Below, piece after piece: positions 48,666 through 57,895 of a DNA stretch of 64,000 nt (position 1 is the first letter of the stretch; the number at the start of each line of letters is the position of its first letter). Under the pieces are notes generated by a model that ran no database searches, was not told where the DNA came from, and saw nothing but the letters and a program-made list of their open reading frames with translations. Origin of the DNA: an uncultured Chloroflexia bacterium (lineage in GTDB: Bacteria > Chloroflexota > Limnocylindria > Limnocylindrales > CSP1-4); assembly GCA_963707215.1 (NCBI GenBank), contig CAVPPB010000003.1, positions 928,001-992,000 on the forward strand. The letters run 5' to 3'. The translations under genes were made by a program, and so were the position numbers.

Positions 48666-50159
48666 GTGACCTCGAACCGGCTCGAGCCAGCGCCTGTCGA
48701 GGCCGGCGCATCCGGCTCCGGGGGGCCGTCAGCGCCACCGCAGCGCTCCGGGCTAGCTCGTGACGCCGCGATAACGATCTTGACCCGGTTCGGGCTCGCC
48801 GTGCTGATCTTCGGCACCGACATCGCCCTCGCGAGGCTCCTGGGGCCCGCCGCCAAGGGCCGGTTCACGCTGGTGCTCCTCTACTCGCAGCTTGCCGCCC
48901 TGATCCTCGGCTGGGGCACCGACCAGGCCCTCGCCATCGTCGCCGGCCGCGATCGTCCTTCCGCTCGCCACGGCATCGCCAACGCCCTCGTCTGGACCGC
49001 CATCGTGGGCGGCTTCGGGGTGGTGCTGTCCGCCTGGCTGTACGGACTCGGGCATCCGGGACCGCCGGACGGACCGCTCGTGCCGCTGCTGCCGAACCTC
49101 TCGGCCCGACAGTTCATCTACGCGGCAGTGGCCATCCCCGGGGAGCTCTTCTTTGCCCTCGGCCTGATGGCGCTCGTCGGGCGCCGGCGCATCCTCGGCT
49201 ACTCGCTGATCCGCCTCCTTCGCCGCGGCATCCTGCTCATCCTGATCCTCTCGGTAGCCGCCCTTGCTCGACTGAGCCTTGACGTCGTCCTGGTCCTGAA
49301 CCTCGCGGCCCTGGGTGTGACCGGGCTGGCCATCCTCTGGGTCGCTCGGCACGACGGGATCCTGGGTCTGCGCCCGTCGGTGCGCCTTCTCGCGGAGGAG
49401 CTACGGTTCGGTACGCGGGCCCTGCCCGGCACACTCGCCGAGCGACTCCAGTTCAGGGCGGACACATTCCTCGTGAACGCGTTCCTCGGCGTGCGAGCGA
49501 CCGGCATCTACTCCGTCACCAGCGGGCTCGCCGAGACCCTCTGGTACGTCCCGAATGCCCTCGGGGTCGTCATGTTCAGCCGGGCGGTCGACCCCCGGGC
49601 GGATGCGGGCGGGGTCGCCGCCGTCCTGACCCGGACCACTGTCGCCGTCACCACGATGGCAGCCATCCCGGTGTTCGTCCTGGGTCCGTATCTCGTCCGC
49701 TTCGTCTACGGCTCGCAGTTCGTCGACGCCGGCGTGGCGCTCCGCTTCGTCCTGCCGGGAGTCGTCGCCTATTCGGCGGTCGCGGTGCTCACCCGCTACA
49801 TCACCGGGCAGGGCCGACCCGGCACGACCACGATGATCATGCTGACCGGCCTGCTCACCAACATCGTCGCCAACCTGGTCCTGATCCCGGTCTACGGTAT
49901 CAACGGCGCAGCGGCCGCGTCGTCGATCTCGTACGGGCTCACGGCGCTGCTGACGCTGACTGTGTTCGTGGGGCTTTCCGGGCGCGGGGTGGTCGAGACG
50001 CTCGTCGTCCGGCCGGCCGACGTCCTCGCGGCTCGAGAGGCCGCTCGCACGCTCGCCCACCGGCGATCGGGTGGACGTGAACGGCTGGAGCTGACGCTGG
50101 ACGACGACCGCGCTGCAGAGCTCGTCATCGACGAGCGAGATCCCGGAGAGGAACCCTGA
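48666..50159 (+). CDS. Oligosaccharide flippase (Wzx/MATE-like)
   Basis: LARLLGP..KG, RADTFLV..FLG..ATGIYS, NLVLIP.YGINGAAAASS. Confidence 0.85.
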   Translation: MTSNRLEPAPVEAGASGSGGPSAPPQRSGLARDAAITILTRFGLAVLIFGTDIALARLLGPAAKGRFTLVLLYSQLAALILGWGTDQALAIVAGRDRPSARHGIANALVWTAIVGGFGVVLSAWLYGLGHPGPPDGPLVPLLPNLSARQFIYAAVAIPGELFFALGLMALVGRRRILGYSLIRLLRRGILLILILSVAALARLSLDVVLVLNLAALGVTGLAILWVARHDGILGLRPSVRLLAEELRFGTRALPGTLAERLQFRADTFLVNAFLGVRATGIYSVTSGLAETLWYVPNALGVVMFSRAVDPRADAGGVAAVLTRTTVAVTTMAAIPVFVLGPYLVRFVYGSQFVDAGVALRFVLPGVVAYSAVAVLTRYITGQGRPGTTTMIMLTGLLTNIVANLVLIPVYGINGAAAASSISYGLTALLTLTVFVGLSGRGVVETLVVRPADVLAAREAARTLAHRRSGGRERLELTLDDDRAAELVIDERDPGEEP

Positions 50160-50263
50160 CCCGACGCCGGCCAGCGTTCGACCCCGGACCGGCGAGCCAG
50201 GGGGACACGGGACTCACGGGTGATGAGACCGGTCGTCCGGCGCACCGATACTGGATCGAGCGC

Positions 50264-52078
50264 ATGAGGATCCGATCGCTCGCCCCCGCCGTCTGGCTCG
50301 TCGCCGCGGCCACGCTCGTGGCATCCATCGGCATGCCCGGTCGGGCCGTGGCTGCCGATCCGGTCGCGGATGGCCCGTCGGTCGGGTTCGCTACGTGGGA
50401 GGTCCCGGTCGACTCGATCCGACTGCTGGGCAGCCCCAGGACCGAGCTCCTGGTCAAAGCGTTCAGCACGACGATGGACCCGGTGAAGTACCTCGACGAG
50501 GCAGCCCGACATGGCCAGCGAGTCGTCGTCTACTTCCGCGAGACGGTCGACGAAGCGAAGGGTGCCGTGTACCCGTCCCGGGTCGCCCGGAACGTCGAGA
50601 AGGTCCGTGGCCATCCGGCGTTGGCCGGCTACCTGTCGGTCAAAGAACCTTCGTGGAACGGCATCTCGCTGGCCGAGATGCGCTCGCTGTACGCAGCGTA
50701 CCGGGCCGCCGACCCGGGCCATCCCGTCATCGCCCTGCTGGGCGACATCCCCCACTTCGGGACGAGCCAGAACCCCTGGGGGGCCGGCGCCGCCGACGAG
50801 CTGTGGGTCGACTGGTACCCGGTCACCTACTCAAGGGGCTACATCTCCACCGGTCCGACCCACTTCAGGAATGTCCGGGCGGTCGTCGATCGGGTGACAC
50901 CCGGGACCCCGATCTGGCTGATGGTCCAGGGCCACGGATACCGGCCGGGCGATCGGCGGACTCCGACGGTTGCGGAGCTCGAACGCCAGGTCCGCGATGG
51001 CCTCTCGGCGCTTCGAGCCGACGGGATCGTCTTCTACACCTGGAACAACGCGCTCTACGACCGCGACCTGGCCCGCAACCCGACGCTGTGGTCGGCAGCC
51101 CGGTCGATCGTCAGCCGGGTCCGGGCCGGGACCTTCATGCCGCCCACGAGCGACCCGACGACACCGGGGTTCACCCGCCTGTCCGGTCCCGACCGCTACG
51201 CCACGGCGGTCTCGATCAGCAAGGCGGCCTTCCCGTCGGGCGCCCCCGTCGCCTACCTCGCCACCGGGGCGAACTTCCCCGACGCCCTCGCCGGGGCGGT
51301 CGCCGCGGCACGCGACGGCGGCCCGCTCCTGCTCACCGGGCGCGATGCCCTGCCGCCAGCGACCGCGAGCGAGCTCGCCCGCCTGGCCCCCGGCCGGGTG
51401 GTCGTCCTCGGGGGGACGGCCGTCGTCGGGGGCGCCGTGGTCACCGCTCTCCGTGATCGACTGCCCGGTGCCGCGATCACCCGCCTGTCCGGTCCCGACC
51501 GCTACGCCACGGCGGTCTCGATCAGCAAGGCGGCCTTCCCGTCGGGCGCCCCCGTCGCCTACCTCGCCACCGGGGCGAACTTCCCCGACGCCCTCGCCGG
51601 GGCGGTCGCCGCGGCACGCGACGGCGGCCCGCTCCTGCTCACCGGGCGCGATGCCCTGCCGCCAGCGACCGCGAGCGAGCTCGCCCGCCTGGCCCCCGGC
51701 CGGGTGGTCGTCCTCGGGGGGACGGCCGTCGTCGGGGGCGCCGTGGTCACCGCTCTCCGTGATCGACTGCCCGGTGCCGCGATCACCCGCCTGTCCGGTC
51801 CCGACCGCTACGCCACGGCGGTCTCGATCAGCAAGGCGGCCTTCCCGTCGGGCGCCCCCGTCGCCTACCTCGCCACCGGGGCGAACTTCCCCGACGCCCT
51901 CGCCGGGGCGGTCGCCGCGGCACGCGACGGCGGCCCGCTCCTGCTCACCGGGCGCGATGCCCTGCCGCCAGCGACCGCGAGCGAGCTCGCCCGCCTGGCC
52001 CCCGGCCGGGTGGTCGTCCTCGGGGGCAGCTCGGTCATCTCCTACGCGGTGGCCCATGTGGCCGCCAAGGTGCTGTAA
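50264..52078 (+). CDS. Secreted glycoside hydrolase-like domain plus three cell-wall-binding repeat 2 (CWB2) units
   Basis: Signal peptide; HPALAGYLSVKEP TIM-barrel-like segment; three copies of RLSGPDRYATA...ATGANFPDALAG...PLLLT...VVVLGG. Confidence 0.88.
   Translation: MRIRSLAPAVWLVAAATLVASIGMPGRAVAADPVADGPSVGFATWEVPVDSIRLLGSPRTELLVKAFSTTMDPVKYLDEAARHGQRVVVYFRETVDEAKGAVYPSRVARNVEKVRGHPALAGYLSVKEPSWNGISLAEMRSLYAAYRAADPGHPVIALLGDIPHFGTSQNPWGAGAADELWVDWYPVTYSRGYISTGPTHFRNVRAVVDRVTPGTPIWLMVQGHGYRPGDRRTPTVAELERQVRDGLSALRADGIVFYTWNNALYDRDLARNPTLWSAARSIVSRVRAGTFMPPTSDPTTPGFTRLSGPDRYATAVSISKAAFPSGAPVAYLATGANFPDALAGAVAAARDGGPLLLTGRDALPPATASELARLAPGRVVVLGGTAVVGGAVVTALRDRLPGAAITRLSGPDRYATAVSISKAAFPSGAPVAYLATGANFPDALAGAVAAARDGGPLLLTGRDALPPATASELARLAPGRVVVLGGTAVVGGAVVTALRDRLPGAAITRLSGPDRYATAVSISKAAFPSGAPVAYLATGANFPDALAGAVAAARDGGPLLLTGRDALPPATASELARLAPGRVVVLGGSSVISYAVAHVAAKVL
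51171..52026 (+). repeat. About 2.8 tandem copies of an apparently identical 306 bp unit
   Basis: TCACCCGCCTGTCCGGTCCCGACCGC... starts at 51171, 51477 and 51783. Confidence 0.95.
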
Positions 52079-52161
52079 CCGGGCACTCGGGTCGCGGCGT
52101 CGCGCGGTTCTTCGGGGCTGGCTCTCCGGACCACACATCACCACGGGCCGCGCCTGCGACA

Positions 52162-53439
52162 ATGGCCGCCGTGGTCCGCCCCGAGCTGACGCCCGACGTG
52201 CGCACTCCCCGCCTGACGATCCTGGACGACAATCCGTTCGTCCGACGGGCCGACGGCGCCATCGTGCCCGTCGCGGCCACCTTCCACCGCTTCGCCGAGG
52301 CCGTCGTGGCCGCCGGAGGCCTGGATCCCGCCGCCTACCTGGTGCCGGTCCGTGACCTCCCGGAGGACGAGCGACCCCCCGACCATCGGGCCGTGGACCC
52401 GTCCCTGCTACGGGTGGTCCCGACCGCTCCTTTCGACGGGATCGCCGGCTACGCTCGGCGGGCCCTCCGGCTCGTGCGCCACAACTGGCCGCTGATCCGC
52501 GAGGCGGTGGACGAAGCCGATGTCGTATGGATCAAGGCGCCGGCATCCAACGCGCCACTCGTCGCGCTGGCCTGTCGTCGGGCCGGCGTTGCCCGCTTCA
52601 CCTGGGTGGCCGGCAGCGTCAGGTCCGTTGTCCGCAGCCGCCCTGGGAGCCGTGCCCAGCGCGCGCTGGCCGGAACGGCCGCCGTGGGCTACGACAGCGT
52701 CACCCGCTGGCTCGAGCGCACCGGACCGTCGATCCGCCTGAGCGCCGATCTGTTCACCAGCGTCGTCACCAGCGCCGAGGTCGAAGCGACCCGGGTGCGG
52801 ATGCGACGGGCAGAAGTCGGCCGCGAGGGTCCGAGCCGACACGCGAGCGACCCCTTCCGCGTCGCCTGGGCGGGGCGGGTGGCTCCCGAGAAGGGCCTCG
52901 CGGATCTCCTTGCGGCGGTCGCCATCCTGCGACGCGGTGGCCTGGACGTCCGTCTCGACCTCGTCGGCGACGGACCTGCCCGGGCGTCGATCGAGGGGAT
53001 CGTCGCCTCGCTGGAACTGACGGAGACGGTGCGCTGGCATGGGTACGTGGCGGACCGTGAGACCTACCTCGGGATCCTCCGCGACGCCGAGCTGTTCGTG
53101 TTGCCCTCGCACGCCGAGGGATTGCCGAAGGTCGTCGTCGAAGCCATGGCGGCCGGACTCCCGGTGGTCGCGAGCCGGATCGGGGCCGTCCCTGAACTCC
53201 TCGATCATGGATCGCGAGGTCGCCTGGTCGGGCCGGAGGATCCGAGCGGGCTGGCGGACGCCATCGCGGGGCTGGCCGCCGATCCCACCGAGCGCACGCG
53301 CCTCGCCGAGGTGGGACTCGCATGGGCGGCCGAGCACACGATGGAGGCCCAGGCCGGACGGCTCGTCGACTGGCTACGGACGACGTTCCCGGAGCTCGAC
53401 TGGCCTGTCGTCGACGGTTCCGACGGGGCCGCCCGGTGA
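52162..53439 (+). CDS. Glycosyltransferase family 4
   Basis: GRVAPEKG, FVLPSHAEGLPKVVVEAMAAGLPVVAS (Ex7E). Confidence 0.92.
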   Translation: MAAVVRPELTPDVRTPRLTILDDNPFVRRADGAIVPVAATFHRFAEAVVAAGGLDPAAYLVPVRDLPEDERPPDHRAVDPSLLRVVPTAPFDGIAGYARRALRLVRHNWPLIREAVDEADVVWIKAPASNAPLVALACRRAGVARFTWVAGSVRSVVRSRPGSRAQRALAGTAAVGYDSVTRWLERTGPSIRLSADLFTSVVTSAEVEATRVRMRRAEVGREGPSRHASDPFRVAWAGRVAPEKGLADLLAAVAILRRGGLDVRLDLVGDGPARASIEGIVASLELTETVRWHGYVADRETYLGILRDAELFVLPSHAEGLPKVVVEAMAAGLPVVASRIGAVPELLDHGSRGRLVGPEDPSGLADAIAGLAADPTERTRLAEVGLAWAAEHTMEAQAGRLVDWLRTTFPELDWPVVDGSDGAAR

Positions 53440-54620
53440 CGACCGTCGCCATCGTCCTGTTCTGGGTCGCGGTGGTGCTGCTCGGGTGGGTCTACCTCGG
53501 CTACCCACTGGCCGCCGCCGTCGCCGCACGTCTCCGGCCGTTCCGTCTCCACGAGGACGGCGCGGCACCGGGTCTCGTCACCGTCGGGATCGCCGCCCAC
53601 GATGAGGCTCCCCAGCTCGAGGCGCGCGTCGCCGACATCCTCGCCCAGGAGGGTCCGTTCGAGCTCGAGGTGATCATCGCGTCGGACGGCTCGTTGGACG
53701 GTTCGGTCGGGCTCCTCGAGGGAGTGGCCGCAGCGGAGCCGCGGCTCCGCGTTCTCGACCTGGACCGGCTCGGCCAGACCGGCGCCCAGAACGAGATCTT
53801 CCGGGTCGCCAACGGTGACGTCATCGTCCTGTCGGATGCCGAGACCCGCTTCGCGCCCGGCTGCATCGCCGCCCTCGTCGCGCCGTTCGGTGATCGACGG
53901 GTCGGCTGCACGACCGGTCGACTGGAGTGGCGCGATGCCGACCGGACCGAGACGGCGCGCAACGAGGGGGCCTACTGGCGCTACGAGCAGCTCGTCCGCC
54001 GACTCGAGAGCCGCGCCGGCTGGTTGACCGCCGTTACCGGGGCGCTGCTCGCCGTCCGGGCGTCCGCCTTCCGGGAGGTGCCGGGCCACGCATCGATGGA
54101 CCACCTGCTGCCGCTCTACGTCAGGGAGGACGGGCTGCGCGTCCTGGCCGTTCCTGAGGCCGTGGCAAGCGACCGAGGGATCGGCGGACTGGCGGCCCAG
54201 TTCCGCAACCGCTCGCGGACGGCCACCCGGGGGATCCGCTCGAACCTCTCGATGGCGGTCCGTCTCGCGCCGTGGCGCCGCCCCAGCGCCGCGCTGGCGG
54301 TCTGGTCCCACAAGCTCCTGCGGTGGGCGACACCGATCCTGGCCATCGTGGCGGGGTCTGCCGCGAGCTTGCTGGGCGCCACCGTCAGCCCGCTCTACCT
54401 GGTGCCGGTGGCGATCGGGCTGGCGCTCCTCGTCCTTGCCCTCGGCGGCTGGCTCATGCGGTCATCGGGGAGGCGCCCGCCGCGCGTCGTGAGCCTCCCG
54501 CTGACGGTCGTCGTCGTGAACCTGGCCTTCCTCAACGGCTGGTGGAACGTGATCCGGGGCCGTCGGATCGAGGCCTGGAGGCGAACGGATTGGTCGGCGA
54601 CCGGGAGCGACCGTCCCTGA
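53436..54620 (+). CDS. Membrane glycosyltransferase family 2
   Basis: YLGYP, IAAHDE, ASDGSLD, LSDAE, YWRYE, SHKLLRW. GTGA overlap. Confidence 0.9.
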   Translation: MTTVAIVLFWVAVVLLGWVYLGYPLAAAVAARLRPFRLHEDGAAPGLVTVGIAAHDEAPQLEARVADILAQEGPFELEVIIASDGSLDGSVGLLEGVAAAEPRLRVLDLDRLGQTGAQNEIFRVANGDVIVLSDAETRFAPGCIAALVAPFGDRRVGCTTGRLEWRDADRTETARNEGAYWRYEQLVRRLESRAGWLTAVTGALLAVRASAFREVPGHASMDHLLPLYVREDGLRVLAVPEAVASDRGIGGLAAQFRNRSRTATRGIRSNLSMAVRLAPWRRPSAALAVWSHKLLRWATPILAIVAGSAASLLGATVSPLYLVPVAIGLALLVLALGGWLMRSSGRRPPRVVSLPLTVVVVNLAFLNGWWNVIRGRRIEAWRRTDWSATGSDRP

Positions 54621-54622
54621 TC

Positions 54623-55675
54623 TCACTGCAACCAGCTGCGGAAGATGACCCGGAGGAAGCCCAGACCGTAGCGGATGGTCCCGCCCTTCTTCGACTTGCC
54701 GGCGGCTCGCCGCCGGATCGTGACCGGGATCTCGCGCATCCGGAGGCCAGCACGCGCGGCGCCCATGATGAGCTCCGGATTGTGGAATTGGTCCTCCGTG
54801 AAGACGATCTCTGCAAGGCGCGACGCTCGGATGGCCCGATAGCCGTTCGCGACGTCGGTCACGTCCGTCCCACCGAGCATGTTGATCAGGCGGGTGTAGA
54901 CGGAGATACCAGCATTCCTCAGCGCCCCGCCTGCCCCCTCCTCGGGCTCGTACTCGCCGGACCTCCGCGACCCGACGACGAAGTCGGCACTCCCTCGGAC
55001 GATCGGCTCGACGAGTCGACCCATCTCCGCCGGATCGTGTTGTCCGTCGGCATCCATGGTCACGACGACGTCCACGCCGACGCGCTCGGCCACCAGGTAT
55101 CCCGTCTGCAAGGCAGCCCCCTGGCCGCCGTTCACCGGATGAGTCACGACATGGGCCCCGCTGGCGATCGCGATCTGGCGAGTGTCGTCCTTCGACGCAT
55201 CGTCGACCACGAGGATCCTGGTCGGGATGCCTAGCACCTCCGCGGGGACCTGGGCGAGGACGGCCGGCAACGACTCGGCCTCGTTGTACGCCGCAATCAC
55301 CACGAGGACTCCGCCCATCCGTCCGTGGGCCTCTTCGACCTCGAGTTGAGCCGCGGACATCGCCCGGATCAGGCGTCGCAAACGCTGCGTCTGGCGCTCC
55401 GTCTTGGAGAGTACATAGAAGATGAGCCCGAAAGCCACGCCGACGGCGATCAGCAGTGCGGTGATGATCCCACCGGCCGGTTCCGCGCCCAAGCCGATGA
55501 GCCCCTGGACCGCTCGGACGAGATCCGGGAAGACCGCGACGGTCAGCAGGCCCAGCCCGGCCATGGCGACGGGAACCATCAAGCCCCGGTTGCCACCTCG
55601 CCGCCCGAGCCAGACGGCAAGCGCCAAGAGTAGGATCGCGGCCGCTAGCCCCGCGAGACGTAGAAGGCTAGGCAT
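54623..55675 (-). CDS. DUF2304-like membrane domain fused to a DPM1-like GT2
   Basis: Three N-terminal TM segments, then IAAYNE, VVDDASKD, NGGQGAAL.TG, MDADGQH, VVGSR. Confidence 0.85.
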   Translation of the reverse strand: MPSLLRLAGLAAAILLLALAVWLGRRGGNRGLMVPVAMAGLGLLTVAVFPDLVRAVQGLIGLGAEPAGGIITALLIAVGVAFGLIFYVLSKTERQTQRLRRLIRAMSAAQLEVEEAHGRMGGVLVVIAAYNEAESLPAVLAQVPAEVLGIPTRILVVDDASKDDTRQIAIASGAHVVTHPVNGGQGAALQTGYLVAERVGVDVVVTMDADGQHDPAEMGRLVEPIVRGSADFVVGSRRSGEYEPEEGAGGALRNAGISVYTRLINMLGGTDVTDVANGYRAIRASRLAEIVFTEDQFHNPELIMGAARAGLRMREIPVTIRRRAAGKSKKGGTIRYGLGFLRVIFRSWLQ

Positions 55676-55774
55676 CGACGCTAGTCTAGGGCTGGACGAC
55701 GCCACGAGGCGTCTCTGGGGCGCGCAAGACTCGGACCATCAAGGTCGCCCCGCTCCTGCTTCGTGACCGCTCGC

Positions 55775-57517
55775 CTACTCGGTGCACGGCGACGTCGACA
55801 TGACCTCAAGTGCACGATTGGCGGCACTCCGGGTCACTGGAAGGACTGGGAAATCCGTGCGCGCGGTCGACCGTGCTACCGCGATCGCCAGGTCCTGCAA
55901 CGAGCACAGATCCCTGGATTCGCCGAAGCCACCTATGAACGCCGCCATCCGGAAATCCGGGTAGCCCCGGTCTCCAGAGATGATCTGCAGGTGCTCCAGA
56001 TCGTTTGGCGAACCGCCTTGATACGTCGGTGCCGTGACCGGGGCCACGGTCAACCAGAGAACGGACCTCCCATCCGACCACCCCTCGGGCGGCTCGCCCG
56101 CGGCCAGGGCCCGAGCGAGGTCACCGAAGCGGACCGTGTCCACAGCCATGAGAGCCGCGTAGTGCTCAACGGCCGGAAAGACGGTCTCCTCCGCTGGCCC
56201 GACGACAACCAGAGGCCACCCGTCATCCCGTGAGGCTACCTCGACCGCCTGCCGATAGGCTGGCTTCTCGCTGTGCCCGTAGTCGGCAAGGGGACCTGTA
56301 CTCAAGATGGCGACGACCACTATCAGCAAGCCGGCGACCGATGGTCTGGCCCAGGCGATGGTCGGCAATCGGCCCACCTTGACCAGAATGGTGGCCATCT
56401 CGACGAACCCTGCCGCTGCCACGAGCAGGATCAAGGGTAGGACGAGCAGGGCGCGACGGAACGCGAGGTTCGTTCCAAGGGCATATGCGCCAACCGTTAG
56501 CGCCGCGAACTCTGCCATCGCGACCAGGAAGACAGCGATCACCCACCACTGGCGGCGGCGCGCGGCAAGCACGAGGCCGATCGCGGCCACGCCGACGAGC
56601 ACGGCGCCCAATGGAGCCCAAGGCTCGGTGTTTGCGACCAGCCACGAGAAGAAGCGGACCGGGAGATCGAACGTCAGCTCGAGACGGACGTCTTCATGGA
56701 TGGCGATCGGCTTGGCCCCACGTGTCCTGAGGTAGAGCGCGAGCCCCAGCCATGGCGCGATCGTCAGCGCCGCAGCGACCGGAGCGCCCGCGATGCGCAG
56801 GCGCTCGCGCCACGATCCGCTCGATTGGATGCCGATGGCCAGCCCCACGAGGGCCTGGACTGATAGCACAAGAACCCCGTAGGTCGTGGCCATGTAGAGG
56901 AGGCCACCCGACGCGGCCACGTAGGCGATGAATTCGGACCGTGAGGCCGATCGACGCCATCCGATGAAGAAGAACCAGCTCGCGACCTGCAACGCTGATG
57001 CCGCCGCGTAGTAGCGGAGTTCCTGTGCATAGCGGATGTCGAACGGAGCCATCACGAGGAGGGCTACGGCGGCGACCGAGACCAACCACGAACCGGACAA
57101 GCGCCGCGCAAGCCCGGCCAGGCCGATGATGCCAAGGAGCGACCATGCCACCGACTGGAGGCGCAGCCAAGCCTCGCCGTCCGACACGAGCAGCATCACA
57201 TGCGTGATCAAGTAGGATCCGGGGCCATCCAGAAGGGCTTGTCGGGCCGACTCCGCCAAGATGGCGGTGATCGAGCGCCCCGAGCGGCGGAGCACTTCCG
57301 CCTCATCTGCCCAGAGGCTCTCCTCTCCCAAGCCGACCAGCCGGAGTCCGAGACCCATCACCAGCAGGAGTGCGATGGCGCTCACTGCGAGGGCGGCCCG
57401 GGGAACACGGATCGACTTGAGCCAGGTTCCAGCGCGCATCCAGCCGCTTGCATGGCCCCGGCGCTGGACCGGGTCGGTCGTCTCGGCCGACGCTGGCCGA
57501 TGGATACGCGGGGTCAC
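55775..57517 (-). CDS. GT-C fold (family 39/PMT-like) glycosyltransferase
   Basis: LRL..LGEESLWADE, EAWLRL.S, YAQELRYYA; many TM segments. Confidence 0.8.
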   Translation of the reverse strand: MTPRIHRPASAETTDPVQRRGHASGWMRAGTWLKSIRVPRAALAVSAIALLLVMGLGLRLVGLGEESLWADEAEVLRRSGRSITAILAESARQALLDGPGSYLITHVMLLVSDGEAWLRLQSVAWSLLGIIGLAGLARRLSGSWLVSVAAVALLVMAPFDIRYAQELRYYAAASALQVASWFFFIGWRRSASRSEFIAYVAASGGLLYMATTYGVLVLSVQALVGLAIGIQSSGSWRERLRIAGAPVAAALTIAPWLGLALYLRTRGAKPIAIHEDVRLELTFDLPVRFFSWLVANTEPWAPLGAVLVGVAAIGLVLAARRRQWWVIAVFLVAMAEFAALTVGAYALGTNLAFRRALLVLPLILLVAAAGFVEMATILVKVGRLPTIAWARPSVAGLLIVVVAILSTGPLADYGHSEKPAYRQAVEVASRDDGWPLVVVGPAEETVFPAVEHYAALMAVDTVRFGDLARALAAGEPPEGWSDGRSVLWLTVAPVTAPTYQGGSPNDLEHLQIISGDRGYPDFRMAAFIGGFGESRDLCSLQDLAIAVARSTARTDFPVLPVTRSAANRALEVMSTSPCTE

Positions 57518-57895
57518 AGCTCCACGGACCCGATCAAGACGACCTACCGAACCGGCAGCCTGGGCTCATCGGACGGGACGCTGAACCGAGGAATCCGACC
57601 ATCCGCCATGCGCCGAAGCCATCGAGGCTCCGGTGCCAGCGACAGCGATAGCAGAGTGCGCCATGACGATCCGAGGCCCGGCCCGTCTCCTCGATCGGCG
57701 GCAGTGGATCGAGGAGAGTGCAAGTCCGCACACGGCGGGTCAGGAGAATTCTGGCGGCCCGTGCGGCTCGCGAGCGAGGGGACTGAGACCATCGGTCCCA
57801 GATGGCAGATCGGATCAGGGATCATCGCTAGGCTTGACAGGGACACATGGCGGCTATGGTGACGCTGGCCACCGAAGTCGTGACCGTCTGATTGC

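Noticed and set aside
51171-52026. Repeat array as a CRISPR or mobile element
   Set aside because: The units are 306 bp, in frame, have no spacers and encode CWB2 domains.
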